From Camelus ferus (taxonomy: Eukaryota), in NCBI RefSeq assembly GCF_009834535.1, contig NC_045697.1:6636001-6700000 (forward strand): 64,000 bases of DNA, written 5' to 3'. Every line of letters starts with the position of its first letter. Positions within the stretch are counted from its first letter, which is position 1. Shown one piece after another: positions 24,886-37,794 of the stretch. Under the pieces are notes generated by a model. It saw only the letters and a list, made by a program, of their open reading frames with translations, was not told where the DNA came from and made no database searches. A program made the translations under genes and the position numbers.

Positions 24886-25306
24886 TGTAGTAGGTTAACT
24901 AGTGTTCCCCCTCCCAGGTTTCATCTCTACTGCGAACCTCAGAATGTGGCCTTATTTGGAAATAGGGCCTTTGCACTAGATTAGGGTGGGCCCTAAATCC
25001 AATGATTGGTACCCTTATAACCAGAGAGTAGGACATACTAGGACACAGAAGTGCACCCTGTGAGGATGGAGGCAGAGACTGGACTGAAGCAGTTACAAAT
25101 CACTGATCACCAAGGATGTCAAGGAACCAGCAGAAGCTGGAAGAAGCAAGGAGAGATTCTCCCCTAAGGCCCCTGGAGGGACTACAGCCCTGCTGACAGC
25201 TTGATTTGGACTTCTGTCCTCCAGAGCCATGAGAGAATGCATTTCTATCATTTTAAGCCACCCAGTTTGTGGACATTTGTCATAGCAGCTGCAGGAAACT
25301 AATAGA
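24886..25306 (+). mobile_element. MLT1C-type solo LTR inserted into an L2 3' end
   Basis: Starts tgtagtagg, contains 'gaacctcagaatgtggccttatttggaaataggg' and ends 'ggaaactaataga'. TSD ccacc (24881-24885) / tcacc (25307-25311). Confidence 0.9.
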
Positions 25307-26877
25307 TCACCATGTATTATTTCTGTACCCATTTTCTATTTTCCTCTCCAAGTAGCACACAAGTCCTTCAGATGGCAGGAGCCTAGCTCTTATTTCTCTT
25401 TGGGTTTCCCCCCAACACAGTGTGTCGACGTGGAGATATCTATCATATATTTACTGCAATAAAAGCATGGAGAGATAGTTGATAATTAGCTTTAATTTGA
25501 AACCACTTCAAACAAATTGGAAATTTATAGCAAACACAGAAGTGTAAGTGGAAGAAATGAATCATTACAGGCTATTTACCTCCTACTATTGTCTCTGCCT
25601 CATGACAGAACCCCTCTCCCATTACCTTCAAATTCTCACTCAATTATGTGGGTCAATTCCTGTTCTTTGAAACAGTTTACATCTTTAGTCAATCCATTTA
25701 CATTGCATCTGAAGGAGTGAACTGATTAAAAAAAAAGTGGAGTGAAATATAAACAATTTTGAAACTGCAAGTAAACAGGAAATTATTAAAAATAACTTAG
25801 ATAATGGATTTAGGAGAGTGTAATTTCATTTCAGTTTACTTGCAGAGTGCTAATTATTCAGTTATTGAAACATACAAAAGGGAAGATAATATGGTTCCTC
25901 AATAATAAATGTTTTGTATAAGATTTTTCTGTGAATTTCTCAGAGGAGAGTACCATGCCTCAGACCCTTATTTTATTGCATTTTTACCTTAACAATTTAC
26001 TTAAAAATATATCTCTGTTACTTAGGTGGAAAGAAGCTTTTTGAAGTAAAATAGCACACCATAAAAAGGAAATTGTTCTTGTCATATAAAATGGTATTAA
26101 TTTAAAATGAGGAAAGGAGGATAAAATTATCAAAGCAACTGAAATGCGAGAATTAAAATAGAAATGAAATGCCCTCATTTTGCTCACTGTGTACATTGTA
26201 GGTATTACACACATGGCCACATATAAAAGCAATTCAAGAAGTGAAGGACGACATACCTAACTTGCATTAGAAACTTTAGGGTTGCAAGTTAAATGTCTTG
26301 GGTGGAACATCTGGATGACAAATGTCATCTGAGTTAACACAAACTCCGTGTTGGTGGGCTCAGATTAACCAGGACTGACTGCACACACAAAAGTGGGAAA
26401 GTAATGCAGGGATAGTTCTTCCTTCTTTCTTTCCTAATAAGTCTCTCCCAGATGGCAAGTTCCACCCCAGAGACTGGAGTTTTCAAATTGTGCTAATTTT
26501 TTCCATCTTACTTCCTGCTGATCGATATTGCTACCAAAAGCTGCTTTCTGCAATGAATACAATTTAGCTAATGAGGAAGTAGGCAGCGCTTCTGTTTGAA
26601 TTATGGATTGTGTGCTGAGAAAGAAGCTTCTCCATATGTCACTTTCATCAGAGAGAGTGAACAGAGGATTCATGTTATTATTTTATTTTAGCCGGAACGG
26701 CTCAAGTAGCTGGCTTTCTAGATTTGGGGCTCTTTCTATGGGTGGGAAATGATCTTTGGAAGTATATACTTTCTGCTCGTAAATTGTTACCAGCCAGTGG
26801 CAGTCCGTAAATTAGGGTCCTGGTCCAATCACTCTCCGTATTTTCTTGGGTGACTTTGGGCCAGTTGTTTGATTCTT

Positions 26878-26913
26878 ATTTTTTAAAACATTTTTTATTG
26901 ATTTATAATCATT
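26878..26913 (-). mobile_element. Extremely 5'-truncated L1 3' tip with TSD
   Basis: 'ttttttaaaacattttttattgatttataatcatt' flanked by tgtttgattctt (26866-26877) and tgtttgatctt (26914-26924). Confidence 0.6.
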
Positions 26914-26928
26914 TGTTTGATCTTTAGA

Positions 26929-27082
26929 TGTAGCAAAGATTCTCTCCTGACCAGACTCTAGTCAGACTGCTGAGCAATCTTCTTGACTAGACTGGGCTCT
27001 TTTTCCTGTTGCAATAGTGTATTACTGATTAAAATCTATTCTTGCCAGTTTAAGTAGTGTCCAACTTTATTTCTCTCTGACA
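26929..27082 (+). mobile_element. Internally deleted ERV1-type LTR
   Basis: TG...CA ends. 5' 'aaagattctctcctgaccagactctagtcag' and 3' 'ttgcaatagtgtattactgattaaaatc...gtgtccaactttatttctctctgaca' resemble MER4-group LTR termini. Confidence 0.6.
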
Positions 27083-27224
27083 GAGGTCAAATTTTTTTTT
27101 CCTAATAGGAGAGATGGACAATATTCAAAGTTCCCATCAGTGCTGGTGTTTTTCTGATTCAACATATATATATATATATGTATATATTTTTTATATTTCA
27201 AACATTTATTTTAATGTCTTTGTC

Positions 27225-28545
27225 TTTTTTTAATTGAGGTATAGGCAGTTTACAATGTTGTGTCAATTTCTGGTGTACAGCATATTCTTCAGTCATACAT
27301 GAACATACATATATTCTTTTTCATATTCTTTTTCACCATGAGCTACTACAAGATCTTGAATATATTTCTCTGTGCTGTACAGTATAATCTTGTTTATCTA
27401 TTTCACATACCAGTCAGTATCTGCAAATCTTTAACTCCCAGTTTATCCTTTCCCACCCTCCTCCTTCCTGGGAATCACAAGTCTATATTCTATGTCTGTG
27501 AGTCTGTTTTATATGTAAGTTCATTTGGCTTTTAATTTTTTTTTAGATTTCACATGTGAGTGATATCATATGGTATGTTTCTTTCTTTTTCTGGCTTATT
27601 TCACTTTGAGTGACATTCTCCATGGACATCCATGTTGCTGCAAATGGCAATATTTTATCAGTTTTTATGGCTGAGTAATATTCCATTGTATAAATATACT
27701 ACTTCTTCTTTATCCAGTCATCTGTCATTGGACATTTAGGTTGTTTCCATATCTCAGCTATTGTAAATAGTGCTGCTATGAACACTGGGGTGCACTTGTC
27801 TTTTTGAATTAGGGTTCCCTCTGGATATATGCCCAGGAATGGGATTTCTGGGTTATATGGTAAGTCTATTTTTAGTCTTTTGAGGAATCTCTATACTGTT
27901 TTCCACAATAGCTGCACCAAACTACATTCCCACCAGCAGTGTAGGAGGGTTCGTTTTTCTCCACACCCTCTCCTGCATTTATCATTTGTGGACTTTTGAA
28001 TGATAGCCATTCTGATTGGTGTGAGGTGATACCTCACTGTAGTTTTGATTTGCATTTCTCTGATAGTTAGTGATATTGAGCATTTTTTCATGTGCCTATT
28101 TCATGTGTCATTCATATGTCTTCATTGGAGAATTGATTGTTTAGAACTTCTGCCCATTTTTGGATTGGATTGTTTGTTTTTTCTTATTAAGTTGCATGAG
28201 CTGTTTATATATTCTGGAGATCAAGCCCTTGTCCATTTCATCTTTTGCAAATATTTTCTCCCATTCTGTAGGTTGTTGTTTTGTTTTGCTTGTAGTTTCC
28301 TTTGCTGTGCAAAAGCTTGTAAGTTTAATTAGGTCCCATTTGTTTATTTTTGCTTTTATTTCTACTGCTTGTGTAGACTGCCCTAGGAGAACATTGCTGA
28401 GATGTATGTGAGGTAATATTTTGCCTATGTTTTCTTCTAGGAGGTTTATTGTGTCTTGTCTTATGTTTTAGTCTTTAAGCCATTTTGAGTTTATTTTTGT
28501 GTATGGTGTGAGGGAGTGTTCTAGCTTCACTGATTTATATGCTGC
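27225..28545 (-). mobile_element. 5'-truncated LINE-1 (3' ORF2 and 3'UTR)
   Basis: ORF 27891..28091(-) [33 protein letters not shown] is L1 ORF2. L1 3'UTR and poly-T lie at the left end. Confidence 0.95.
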
Positions 28546-28596
28546 CATTCATTATCATTTTGTAGAGCATCAGTGCTGCTTTAGCAATAGTTATTT

Positions 28597-28972
28597 CTTG
28601 TGGACTGAATTGTATTCCCCCTAAATTCATATGCTGTACCTTAACTCCCAATGTGACAGTATTTGAAGGATAATAAAAGTTGAATGAGATCATGAGGGTG
28701 GGGCCCTGATCCAATAGGACTGCTGTCCTTATAAGAAGTGCACCAGGGATGCACACGCAGGGGAAAGGCCATGTAAAGGCCAATGAGAAGGTGGCCAAGG
28801 AAAGAGGTCTCCCCAGACCAAGCCAAGATAAGGAGAGTGGTCTCACAGAAGCCAGCCCTGACGATACCTTCATCTTGGGCTCAGCTACTGGAACTGTGAG
28901 AAAGTAAATCTCTATTGTTTAAACTCCCCAGTCTGGGGTATTCTGTTATGTCAGCCCTAGCAAAATGATATA
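28597..28972 (+). mobile_element. MLT1A/B-type solo LTR
   Basis: 'ggactgaattgt..cccctaaattcatatg', 'atgagggtggggccctgatccaataggactg', 'gaactgtgagaaa' and 'cagccctagcaaa'. Confidence 0.88.
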
Positions 28973-29059
28973 TCATCTAGTCCCCTTAAATTTATGGCTA
29001 CTATTTTCTCCAGTCATCTCAAATACCTGATACTCCTCTCCCTGTAATGCACTGTCTTC

Positions 29060-29633
29060 CATCAAGATAGTTTCAGAATTCACCTCTGGTAAACGTTGTA
29101 ACAACTGGGTCACCATCTTCTTCCAAAGCTCCTTGTGTTCCGCCTACTACCAGGGATGGGGTCCTATTCCAGCCAAGAGGTTGACCATTCATCTCCAAGT
29201 CTCCTCTCATTACCCACTTTATTCTACCACTTCCTGTGCCAGGGGCTGCAGGGTGGGTTTTCTGGAAGCAGGCACTTAGATGGAGTTTGGGCTGCAAGAT
29301 ATGTTTTAGGGATCAACACCTGTGAAGGGAAGTGGTTTGAAGCAGGAAGGAACCTCAGAAAACACAGTGGAGATCTCTGGATCTAGTACCATGCATCAGA
29401 GGAGCCCATGTTGGGCCAAAATGGCCAGACCTTCATACCTGCAATTGTCTTGGTCTCCCAAGGCAGGCTGCTCCGGGTAGGGCATGACCTCAAGCTGAGA
29501 CAGTTGTCTGCAACTCAGCAGACTCTGAAGGGCTGACAGCTGGAACCTGTCTGCTGACCACATCTCTACAGCTGGGCAGCAAATCCTTCCTTGCTGGGGC
29601 ACATGGGTGTTACAATGCTATGTACAGCCAAAC
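29060..29633 (-). mobile_element. LTR16A-like ERVL LTR (29242-29633) plus start of its internal sequence
   Basis: 'gggttttctggaagcag', 'tagggatcaacacctgtgaagg' and 'ctgaagggctgacagctgga' are LTR16A-like. The adjacent minus-strand 'tggcacaggaagtggt' (29226-29241) is PBS-like. Confidence 0.65.
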
Positions 29634-31760
29634 AAAACCTACAACAAAAGTCATTCTTGATGGTGGGGTGTTTAAAAGGAGTCCCTCTGAGATGAAGGGA
29701 AACAAATACAAGGATCTCCCTCTCATCCCTTTATTTGGCGTGGTATTAAAGTGACCTGCTGGTGTAGTACGGCAAGGCAAAAACTAAACAAAGATTGTAA
29801 AAGAGGGAACAGAACTGTCGTTATCTGTAGATAATTTCTCTGTGCATACAATGTTGTGGGAAGTTGTAAGTTCTGACACGGCCCAGCAATGGTATCTTAT
29901 ATGATACTGTTTAGAATGTAACTGACACTCCCCCAGGGAGTGGGGGGTCTCTGAGTTCCCTCTCTTTGAAACTGGGAGGGGATTTGTGACTGCCCAGACT
30001 AATGGAGTCCAGCAGAAATAGTGCTATGGTTCTCCGCCTCTCAGGACACTTGCTTTTGGAATCCAGCCACCATATTGGGAGGAGAGGCTACATGTGAGTG
30101 TTTCAGCCAACAGCCTCGGATGAATTCTCAGCCGAGTCAGCAGCAATTGCAGGGAAGAGAACAAGACTTCAGATGATGCCAGTCCCCAGCCGTCCAGCTG
30201 AGGACATTGCAGAGTGGAGACATTACTCTCCATGGTACCCTATATGAATTCCTGATCCATAGAAAGCATGAACAATAATAAATTATTATTACTGCTTTCA
30301 ACCACTAGATTTTGGGACAATTTATTATGCAACAATAGATGGCTACAAATATTAAAAGAAATTATAATGCAATATTAGAATTAATAAGAATTCAGCACAG
30401 CTGCTAGATACAAAATCAATATAAAAATCAATTGTTTTCTATATGCTAACAACAAACAGAAGTCAAATTTATAAGTTTATAATAGCATAAAGATATAATT
30501 ACCTAACAATAAATACAAAAAAAGTTATACAGGTCTTTCAGAGAGACCCAGAACTCTATTAAAATATACCAAAGAAGACCTAAAAATAGATATGTATTAT
30601 GCACATGGATTCACACAGCCAATACTGTACAGATAACCTAGCCACATTAACCAAAATCACAATGTCTTTGCAACATAGTGAGCTAATTCTAGAAAATTAC
30701 ATGGAAATTTCAAAGGTGTTCTCCAGGAAGAGAAGGAAGGGAATACCTGCTCTACCAGATTATAAATCTTAAGGACTTATGAGGACACAAGTTATTGGTG
30801 AAAGGGCTGCGTAGTATGAACAAGCTGACCACAGCAGAAAGCTCAGACACCAGACCCGTGCAGATCCAGAAGCTTTAAACATGGTGGACATGGTAGTGCA
30901 GGCCAGTGGTGAACTGATGGAATTTCCCTCAGTGTCCTATAGACAACTTGGTAACCGTATACAACAAGAAATGTAATTAACTCTCCTACACAGAAACCAG
31001 TTTCAGGTGGATTAAGATCTATACATGAAAGGTAAAAAAAATTAAAAAATAGAAATAAAATAAAAACATTGCTTAATAAACTTGTAGTAGGAAAAAGTTT
31101 TTAAACTAGTCTAAAAGGCCAGTCCTGCCTAAATAAGATTGCTTAATGTGGCCAATTAGAATTAAGAATGTCTATTCTTCAAAAGAACTTTACAGATTGC
31201 GGATGGAATTATATGAGACCTTGAATTGCTTCAAAATAATTAAGTGGGGCCAGGGGAGGGGAAAGTGGGTCTATTTGGCTCAAGTGTGGTCATGAGACAA
31301 TGACTGCTGTAGCTGGGGAATGTGCAAACAATACAAATGCCCCAAATAGAATGGATCAAAAAAAAAAGGAACATTGACACAATATAACTACAGCAGAGAA
31401 AATGAACTGCAGCTACATGCATCAGTATGGATGGATTTCATCCAAAGAGGAAGAACGGAGTCCCAAAGACCTATTCACTGTAATTCAAAAACAGGCACAA
31501 CCTAATGGCATTTCTTGAAGGATCCATGCATGGACGGGAAAACAAGGGAGGGGGTGATTATTACAGATCTTCTCAAGGGCGGAGGCAGAGCGGGTGAGAC
31601 ATAGTAGCTTCTATGTAAGCAAGGAAATATTATATTTCTTAATCTGGATGCTAGTTACTTATATGTTTACTTCATTTAAAAATGTTAGATTATATTCTGC
31701 TATACTATATTGTGTATTTTACACACTTTTCTGCATATAAAATATAACTTAGAGTAGAAA
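29634..31760 (+). mobile_element. Ancient L1M ORF2/3' end fragments, interrupted by MLT1
   Basis: 'acaaggat..ccctctca', 'ctgtcgttatctgtagat', 'gatacaaaatcaatataaaaatcaattg', 'aggtggattaagatcta' and an L1M-type 3' end. Confidence 0.75.
29852..30350 (+). mobile_element. MLT1F/G/H-type LTR
   Basis: 'tttgtgactgcccagactaatggagt', 'cttgcttttggaatccagccaccat', 'gaattcctgatccataga' and 'ttatgcaacaatagat'. Confidence 0.75.
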
Positions 31761-32079
31761 CAAAAATACTAAAAGGACAGAACTATTATGATGAAGAACA
31801 ATGTCTGATATTTCATATATAGTATTTCAAATTCAAACTTATGAATTAGGTGCTTTTACTTGGGTTTGCTTTAAAAATAAGCTATCACCACTGTTCTCTG
31901 ATTCATTTATTGGCTTGCACAGTTCATCAATGGATCTTTTTGTATGTGGTGCATTATGAAGTATTGAGGACTCAAGAGGTAAATATGACTGGGGCCTTGC
32001 TCTCACAGAGCTTGCATTTCAGTATATGAATGTGTTTCTTGGATGGAAGGGGGTTAGTTGGACAGCTTAGAATCCAGAG

Positions 32080-32258
32080 TAGTGGTTCCCAAACTTGAAC
32101 ATGCGTCAGAACCCTCTGGAGGGCTTGCAAAACACAGCTTGCTGGTCCCACCCCCAGAGTTTCTGACTCAGCAGATCTGGGGTTGGGATTTGCATTTCTA
32201 GCCATTCCCAAGGGATGCTGATGGCGCTGATCCTGGGGACCTACTTTGAGAATCACTG
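32080..32258. mobile_element. MER5A hAT-Charlie MITE
   Basis: Terminal inverted repeats tagtggttcccaaa / tttgagaatcactg, with internal 'cccacccccagagtttctgactcag'. Confidence 0.9.
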
Positions 32259-32829
32259 ATTTGCAATATTTTTATAACCTTCAATGTCTTCCTTAATTTT
32301 AGTGACCTTTCTATCTTCAGCTTAAAAATTTAAACAAAAAGCACAAGGGAAAACAAATTAAATAACCTGTTCATATAAAAAGTTTAACATGTAACGTTCT
32401 CAAACTCTTCATAAAACATAAATTTTTTTCTCTCTCAGATCTCATGCTTTCTTGATAAAATTAAAGCTAGAGTGGTAAGAAAGGCAGAAGGTGACATACA
32501 CATTAGGAAAGGGCAGGGTGCTTCAGTAGTTACTAGATTGGATGGGGTGTTTGGAGTCACCACTCTCTGTCAGAGGAAGAGAAGAAAGACCTTCAGTGGG
32601 CTTCAGGGAATGACTTGCTCAGTGTCAGTGGGAGGAGCTAGGATTCCAGAGACCATTGAGAAGCAACTCAGAATTAAGGACTCACCCCCTTGGACATTGT
32701 GGTTATTAAAAATTCGGATAGATTTGAGAGATAAAACAGAGAAAGATCTGCATAAAGTGCTCAAAAGAATTATCTAAATTTTTAAATTTTATGTTTTTAG
32801 GTGATTATGGTCTATTTGTCTCCTGAGTG

Positions 32830-33200
32830 AGAGATCCAGGCAGTCAGCCCAGGGCTGGGGAGGATGCTGGGTGATCCTCTCCAGGGCTCATGATCCTCTA
32901 TTCTTATGATGCCATCCTCCGCTAGAGTCTCTCCTCATTGTCCCTGAATAGCTGCTGTCCCTCTGGGCATCACACTTGAATTCCAGGAATGAAAAAGAAA
33001 ACAGGGCAATGCATGACAAGGCACACCAGAATAAGTTTTCCTTTCGGTCAGGCAAGTGAATACTCTCTTGGAATTTGCAACTAGAATTTTTCTACTTGAA
33101 TCTCAATGGATGGAATGATGACCGACCCATGACCACCTGTGGATGGAAAGAGGGCAAGGAGATGATGGAACTGGACACAGGCTTGGTCAGCCACAGTGTC
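32830..33200 (-). mobile_element. Very old MLT1K-like LTR
   Basis: 'cccagggctgg', 'gccatcctc', 'atagctgctgtccct..ggcatcacacttgaattccagg' and 'catgaccacc'. Confidence 0.45.
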
Positions 33201-33389
33201 TGCCCCACCAAGAAGGGAACATCTCACTTTCAGTCTTCCAAGGTGTCAGCCCATGGGTTTCCTGGAATATGCAATTTGCCTTAGGGGACGAGTTCTCTTG
33301 ATAGAGCTCAATTTGGTACCATGCATGCGACACAGCAGGGCAGGGAAGCTCTCTCCTCCCTTGCAGACTCATGCCTTCCTTGTGTGATG

Positions 33390-33645
33390 CTACAGTGATT
33401 AAGAGGGTTTTCTCTGGAGCCAGACCTCACCGGCCTGTATCCCAGCTCCTCCTCTTACTATCTGTGTGACTTTGGGCAAGTTGCTTACTCTCAGGGTCTG
33501 AATGTCTGTATCTGTAAGAAAAAAAAAAAGAATTAAAAATGGGTCTCATTTTATCAGAGTGTCATGAGAATTAAATGAGCTGATCTATGTAAAACAGAAC
33601 AGTGATCAGCCCACAGCAAGCACCCGATAAATGTTGGAAATTATT
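33390..33645 (+). mobile_element. MIR SINE (near full length)
   Basis: 'ctctggagccagac...atcccagctcc..cttactatctgtgtgactttgggcaagttgctt...gagaattaaatgag'. Confidence 0.85.
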
Positions 33646-36009
33646 CTTCAAAGTTTAGAAACTTACATGGTGCCAACTCCTATCACCAGGTTTGATTGAA
33701 ATGCCTTTCATTTCCTTTCGACTTACTCAAAGCTTCTAATTTCCCGTTTTCCCTTTGAGCGTCTGGTTTCTGAAATCCCACACTGAGGTTGAGCTTCTTA
33801 AGTGACAAGGCTGCTATTCTCTCCTAAGCAGGCATTCCTAGTCCTGACAGTAAGTTGGTGGCTGTGACTTGCCGTATTTTCAGTCAGGGCTGTGAAACCT
33901 GCTTCCTGGGGAAGGTGCTTGCTTAGACCTACATTTGTTCCAGCTGGGACTCAAAACAGCCTCCGCAGATCCCTGAATGAAGCTATTGATGTTTCTGAAG
34001 CCGGTGCTCCTGGGGATCCCCAGAGCACCAATACCTCTGCCCTGTGCTCCTCGAGAAATGCTTTCTCTGGCTTTTACTTGCTCCACACTTAAAATAGCAT
34101 TTCTATCTTCTCAGTTTCCCTTTCTGTTTGATATTCCTTCAGGAGGACTTAACTGGGTCTCCTAACCTCTGACTGTGCTCCTTTAGAAGGTCAGTTTCCT
34201 TCTCCAGCAGTGTTTGTTGGGTCTGTGTGCCTTCTTTGCTTTTACTTCCCCACTGCTTTCTGGCCCAGATATTTATTTCACTAATATTCTCCTCTAGGTA
34301 GTCTCTTAGGGGGTTCCCATAGTGAGAGATACGAAATCAATGAGTCCTGGGTTTGCAAAAAACAGGAGACCAGAGCTGGATACTCCAATACAAAGAGGGT
34401 TCAACCTTGAGACCAGTATCTAGCCCAGTCCTGGTCTTGCTCTCTTGTTGTCATGACTGGTTCCTCTTTTAAATGTATCAGTTCTAAATCCATTGTGCTC
34501 TTCTGTACATCCCTAATTCTGTAAGTTCATCAGTCACATTCCCTCAGGCACAAAGAATACCTTCATTGCCATTTCAGTAACTGGGACCTTGAGACATACT
34601 CCGTGGTTCCCAAACTCAAAAGAATTTAACCTGTCTTACTTTTCTTCACTGTGATATGATGCTAGTGTATGAAAGAAGCCCCTTTCTTCCAGAAAATATC
34701 AACCGTTTAGGTCCTTGAGTTAAATTACTTGGGGAAAAAAACATCATCTTCCTTTCAGGTAAATACAGCAAGTGCTCCTGGGTTGATTAGGTGATCTTTT
34801 GTATGAAAACATCATTATAACAATTCAAGTAAATGTTTGGCTAGTTGCCAGCCACCCTATGTAATAGAAAATCTATTTAACGTATTTTTAAAAAGTAGGC
34901 TTATTGTAAGAACAAAATGTTACTGATAACGTTCACATCACTCCGTTATAAGTCATGGATTAAATTTTAGTGCAATTTTATTCATTTTAACACTGAATCT
35001 TCTGATTAAAATATTCAGGAGGGCAGCAAACTTATGCATCAATACCCGTTCTTCTTTTCAGGAAAAAAATAATTGCATTTACAGGAAAAAAGATAGATAA
35101 GAAAATGAACATTGATGGCAGTGAATTTCACGGCAAGTTACCAGAATCATATTTACTGTTTGAAACAATCTTGAAGCCCAGTGAAGAGAAAATATGTTGC
35201 AAAAACTTTATACTCTTTCTATTTTTAGGTGAGGATGTTTACTACAGGAAAAAAAAAAAGAAATAATCCAGTTAAAGATGAAAACAATAATGAAATCAAT
35301 TTAACTACTTCATCAAATGCTTATGATTAAGATTGCAAAGCACATATTCATTCTCCTGGTATAAACAATCCATATACATTCAGTGGTTAACAATGTTTCC
35401 TAAGCATATGTCTTCTCATTACAAATTGAAAAGAGTATGTTCAATGTCAAGTACCAAATTGAATTTATCTTTGTATGTCCAAAAGGAAAACTATATTAAC
35501 ATTCTCTCAAGTACTTAGTGTATTTTTTTTACAAACAGTTAAATTATTTGAAATTCAAAATTCCACTTTAATAAAAAAAAAACCAAACAAACAGCTGTTG
35601 ACCTTGTTAATCTATTGAGTGAGCTGGGAGGAGGAAAATGTAGACTAATAATCTACTGCAAAATTAAGAAGCATATGAATGCATAGCATTGTTCTCTGAG
35701 CTTGTCAATACTTAATTCATATAAAAATACTTAATTCATAACTTGATCCTCTATGAAAGTAAAATATTATTTCTGATTGAGAAAATAAAACAAATTTCTT
35801 ACATACCTTATTCTTACAAAATGTAACACATAAACTCCTTACTGAATGTGCCTTATTTTCATAAATTGTTTCACTGTATGTTTTGTAGTTATTCCTCTGA
35901 AATACTTATTAATAAATATAATGTGACTTAACTACATTCTAAGGTTTGTTTTTTCTCTCCAAACAGGAAAGAAAAGAATTACTTGTGTGGAATACTTACA
36001 GTAATAGCT

Positions 36010-36360
36010 TCAGTCATTTATTTATTCAACAAGTATCGAGTGCCCACCTGGTGTCAGGCAATGACCCAGGAACCAGGACACGTTAGTGAACACGACAGAC
36101 TGAAGTTCTTTATTCTCGAGTCCATTGGCTACTGTAGGTTAAATAGCACCCCCCCCGATCAATAAATTCTGTAGTGCGTTAAAAGGTAATAAGCACTATG
36201 TAAAAATAAGTCAGAGAAGGAAGATGAGTACTGAGTACTGGTAATAAAAGAGGGTGTTTGTAACTTTAAACAGAAGGGTCATAAAGATTTCTCTGAGAAG
36301 GGGACATCTGAGCAAACACTGGAAGAAAGTGAGGGGGTGAGACACGGGGACCCAGAATCT
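36010..36360 (-). mobile_element. L2 LINE 3' fragment
   Basis: 'tttattcaacaagtatcgagtgcccacc..gtgtcaggca' and 'ctctgagaaggggacatctgagcaaacac'. Confidence 0.7.
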
Positions 36361-36554
36361 TTGCACAGTGACTAAACAGTAAATAACTCTCTAAGAGAAT
36401 ACCATGTGTAATTTATGTTTGCAAAGAACAGCTTTCTAAGAATCCTACATGTGGTACAGCTCTGACACGAAGGGGCGATAAGACCTTCTGGGAATCCCTC
36501 TCTCTCTCTAGCTCTCACTCTCATCATCTGAAGAAATAATGGGATCAAGCTTCA

Positions 36555-36720
36555 TTGGTTCTCAGTCAGTGCCAGTGTCACCCCCTTTGGGGGCACATGG
36601 AAACGTGAGAGGGTGTTTCTGGTCGTCACAATGATTAGAAGATGCATCTGACGGTGGGTGAGATCCAGGGGAAGTAAACCTCTTGCAACACACAAGGAAG
36701 CCCAGCATAGAGGCTTGTCC
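36555..36720. mobile_element. MER20-like hAT-Charlie MITE fragment
   Basis: 'tggttctca...cccctttgggggcacatggaaa..gtttctggtcgtcacaatga'. Confidence 0.5.
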
Positions 36721-37794
36721 TACTGAACATATTAACAGAGCTCTGCTGAGAACACTGAGCTACGTGACAAGGAAGCTCCTCCCTGGAGCTGATGGTGAGC
36801 ATCTCCAACTCTGTGTGAGTAGGGAACACTGACATCCCACCCCCAAGTCTATGAAGCAGAACCTTCATTAAAGTAACCTTTGGGCCTCTTTTCACTCTCT
36901 CTGTCTCTCTTCTGCTTTTCTATTTGATGCATTCATGGTTTACCATGGAAGTTCATGGTATGGGCTTGATTAGACACAAGTTCAAAGTTTGGAGCAAGAA
37001 GGTTTCACTGTGTGCTTTGTAATGAATCCCCCCAGGAAATGCACAATGTCTTGCTATCTGATTATAACTGATACAAACACGGATCAGTGGGTTCTGGTAG
37101 AACAGCTCAGTTTACCATTATAACTGTCTTTACAAATAAATTAAATTATAATCCATAATAATACTTCACTAATTGTTCAGGCATCGATTGTCACTGCTTA
37201 AGCCAGTGACTTCAAATGGGGTTTAAAACAGGGATTTTAAAGTTCTGATTCCTTCCATATTTATTATCTGGAATTCTTCTGCAAATAATAAATTGTCCTT
37301 ATCACCTAGGGCCATTTGGTCGGTGACATACAATTTATACAGGAAATGCAAGATGGATGCTAAATTCTGTTCCTTGCTTTTTTAAATCAGTTTTCAAGGA
37401 CAGAAGTTGGTGGGTTACTTCAGCGATGTCTAGTGAGGTTCTCCCTCTCTGTCTGTCTCTCAATTTCCTCTCTTTCTTCCTTCTCTTTTGTTATGAATTT
37501 CTTTGCTATGAATAGTTTTAAAATATTAAATAAGTTTCAATCAATTGTATTTATTATTATTTTTGATGTTCATATTACCCTTTCTTTGGCCAATGGGAGC
37601 TCCTTCATGCCTATTCCAGTGCCTTTTGAGAAGAACTTCAATTGTTGTCCTGAAGGGTTCTCTGGCTTTCTGACATCTTAATTTCTTGCCTCAGGCATGG
37701 GCAGAAAGCTTTTAACTTTATCACCACCCTCCTTCATGCTTTAAATTTTTGTCACTTAAAAAAACTTAAATCAACTTTAAATAATTAAAATTCT

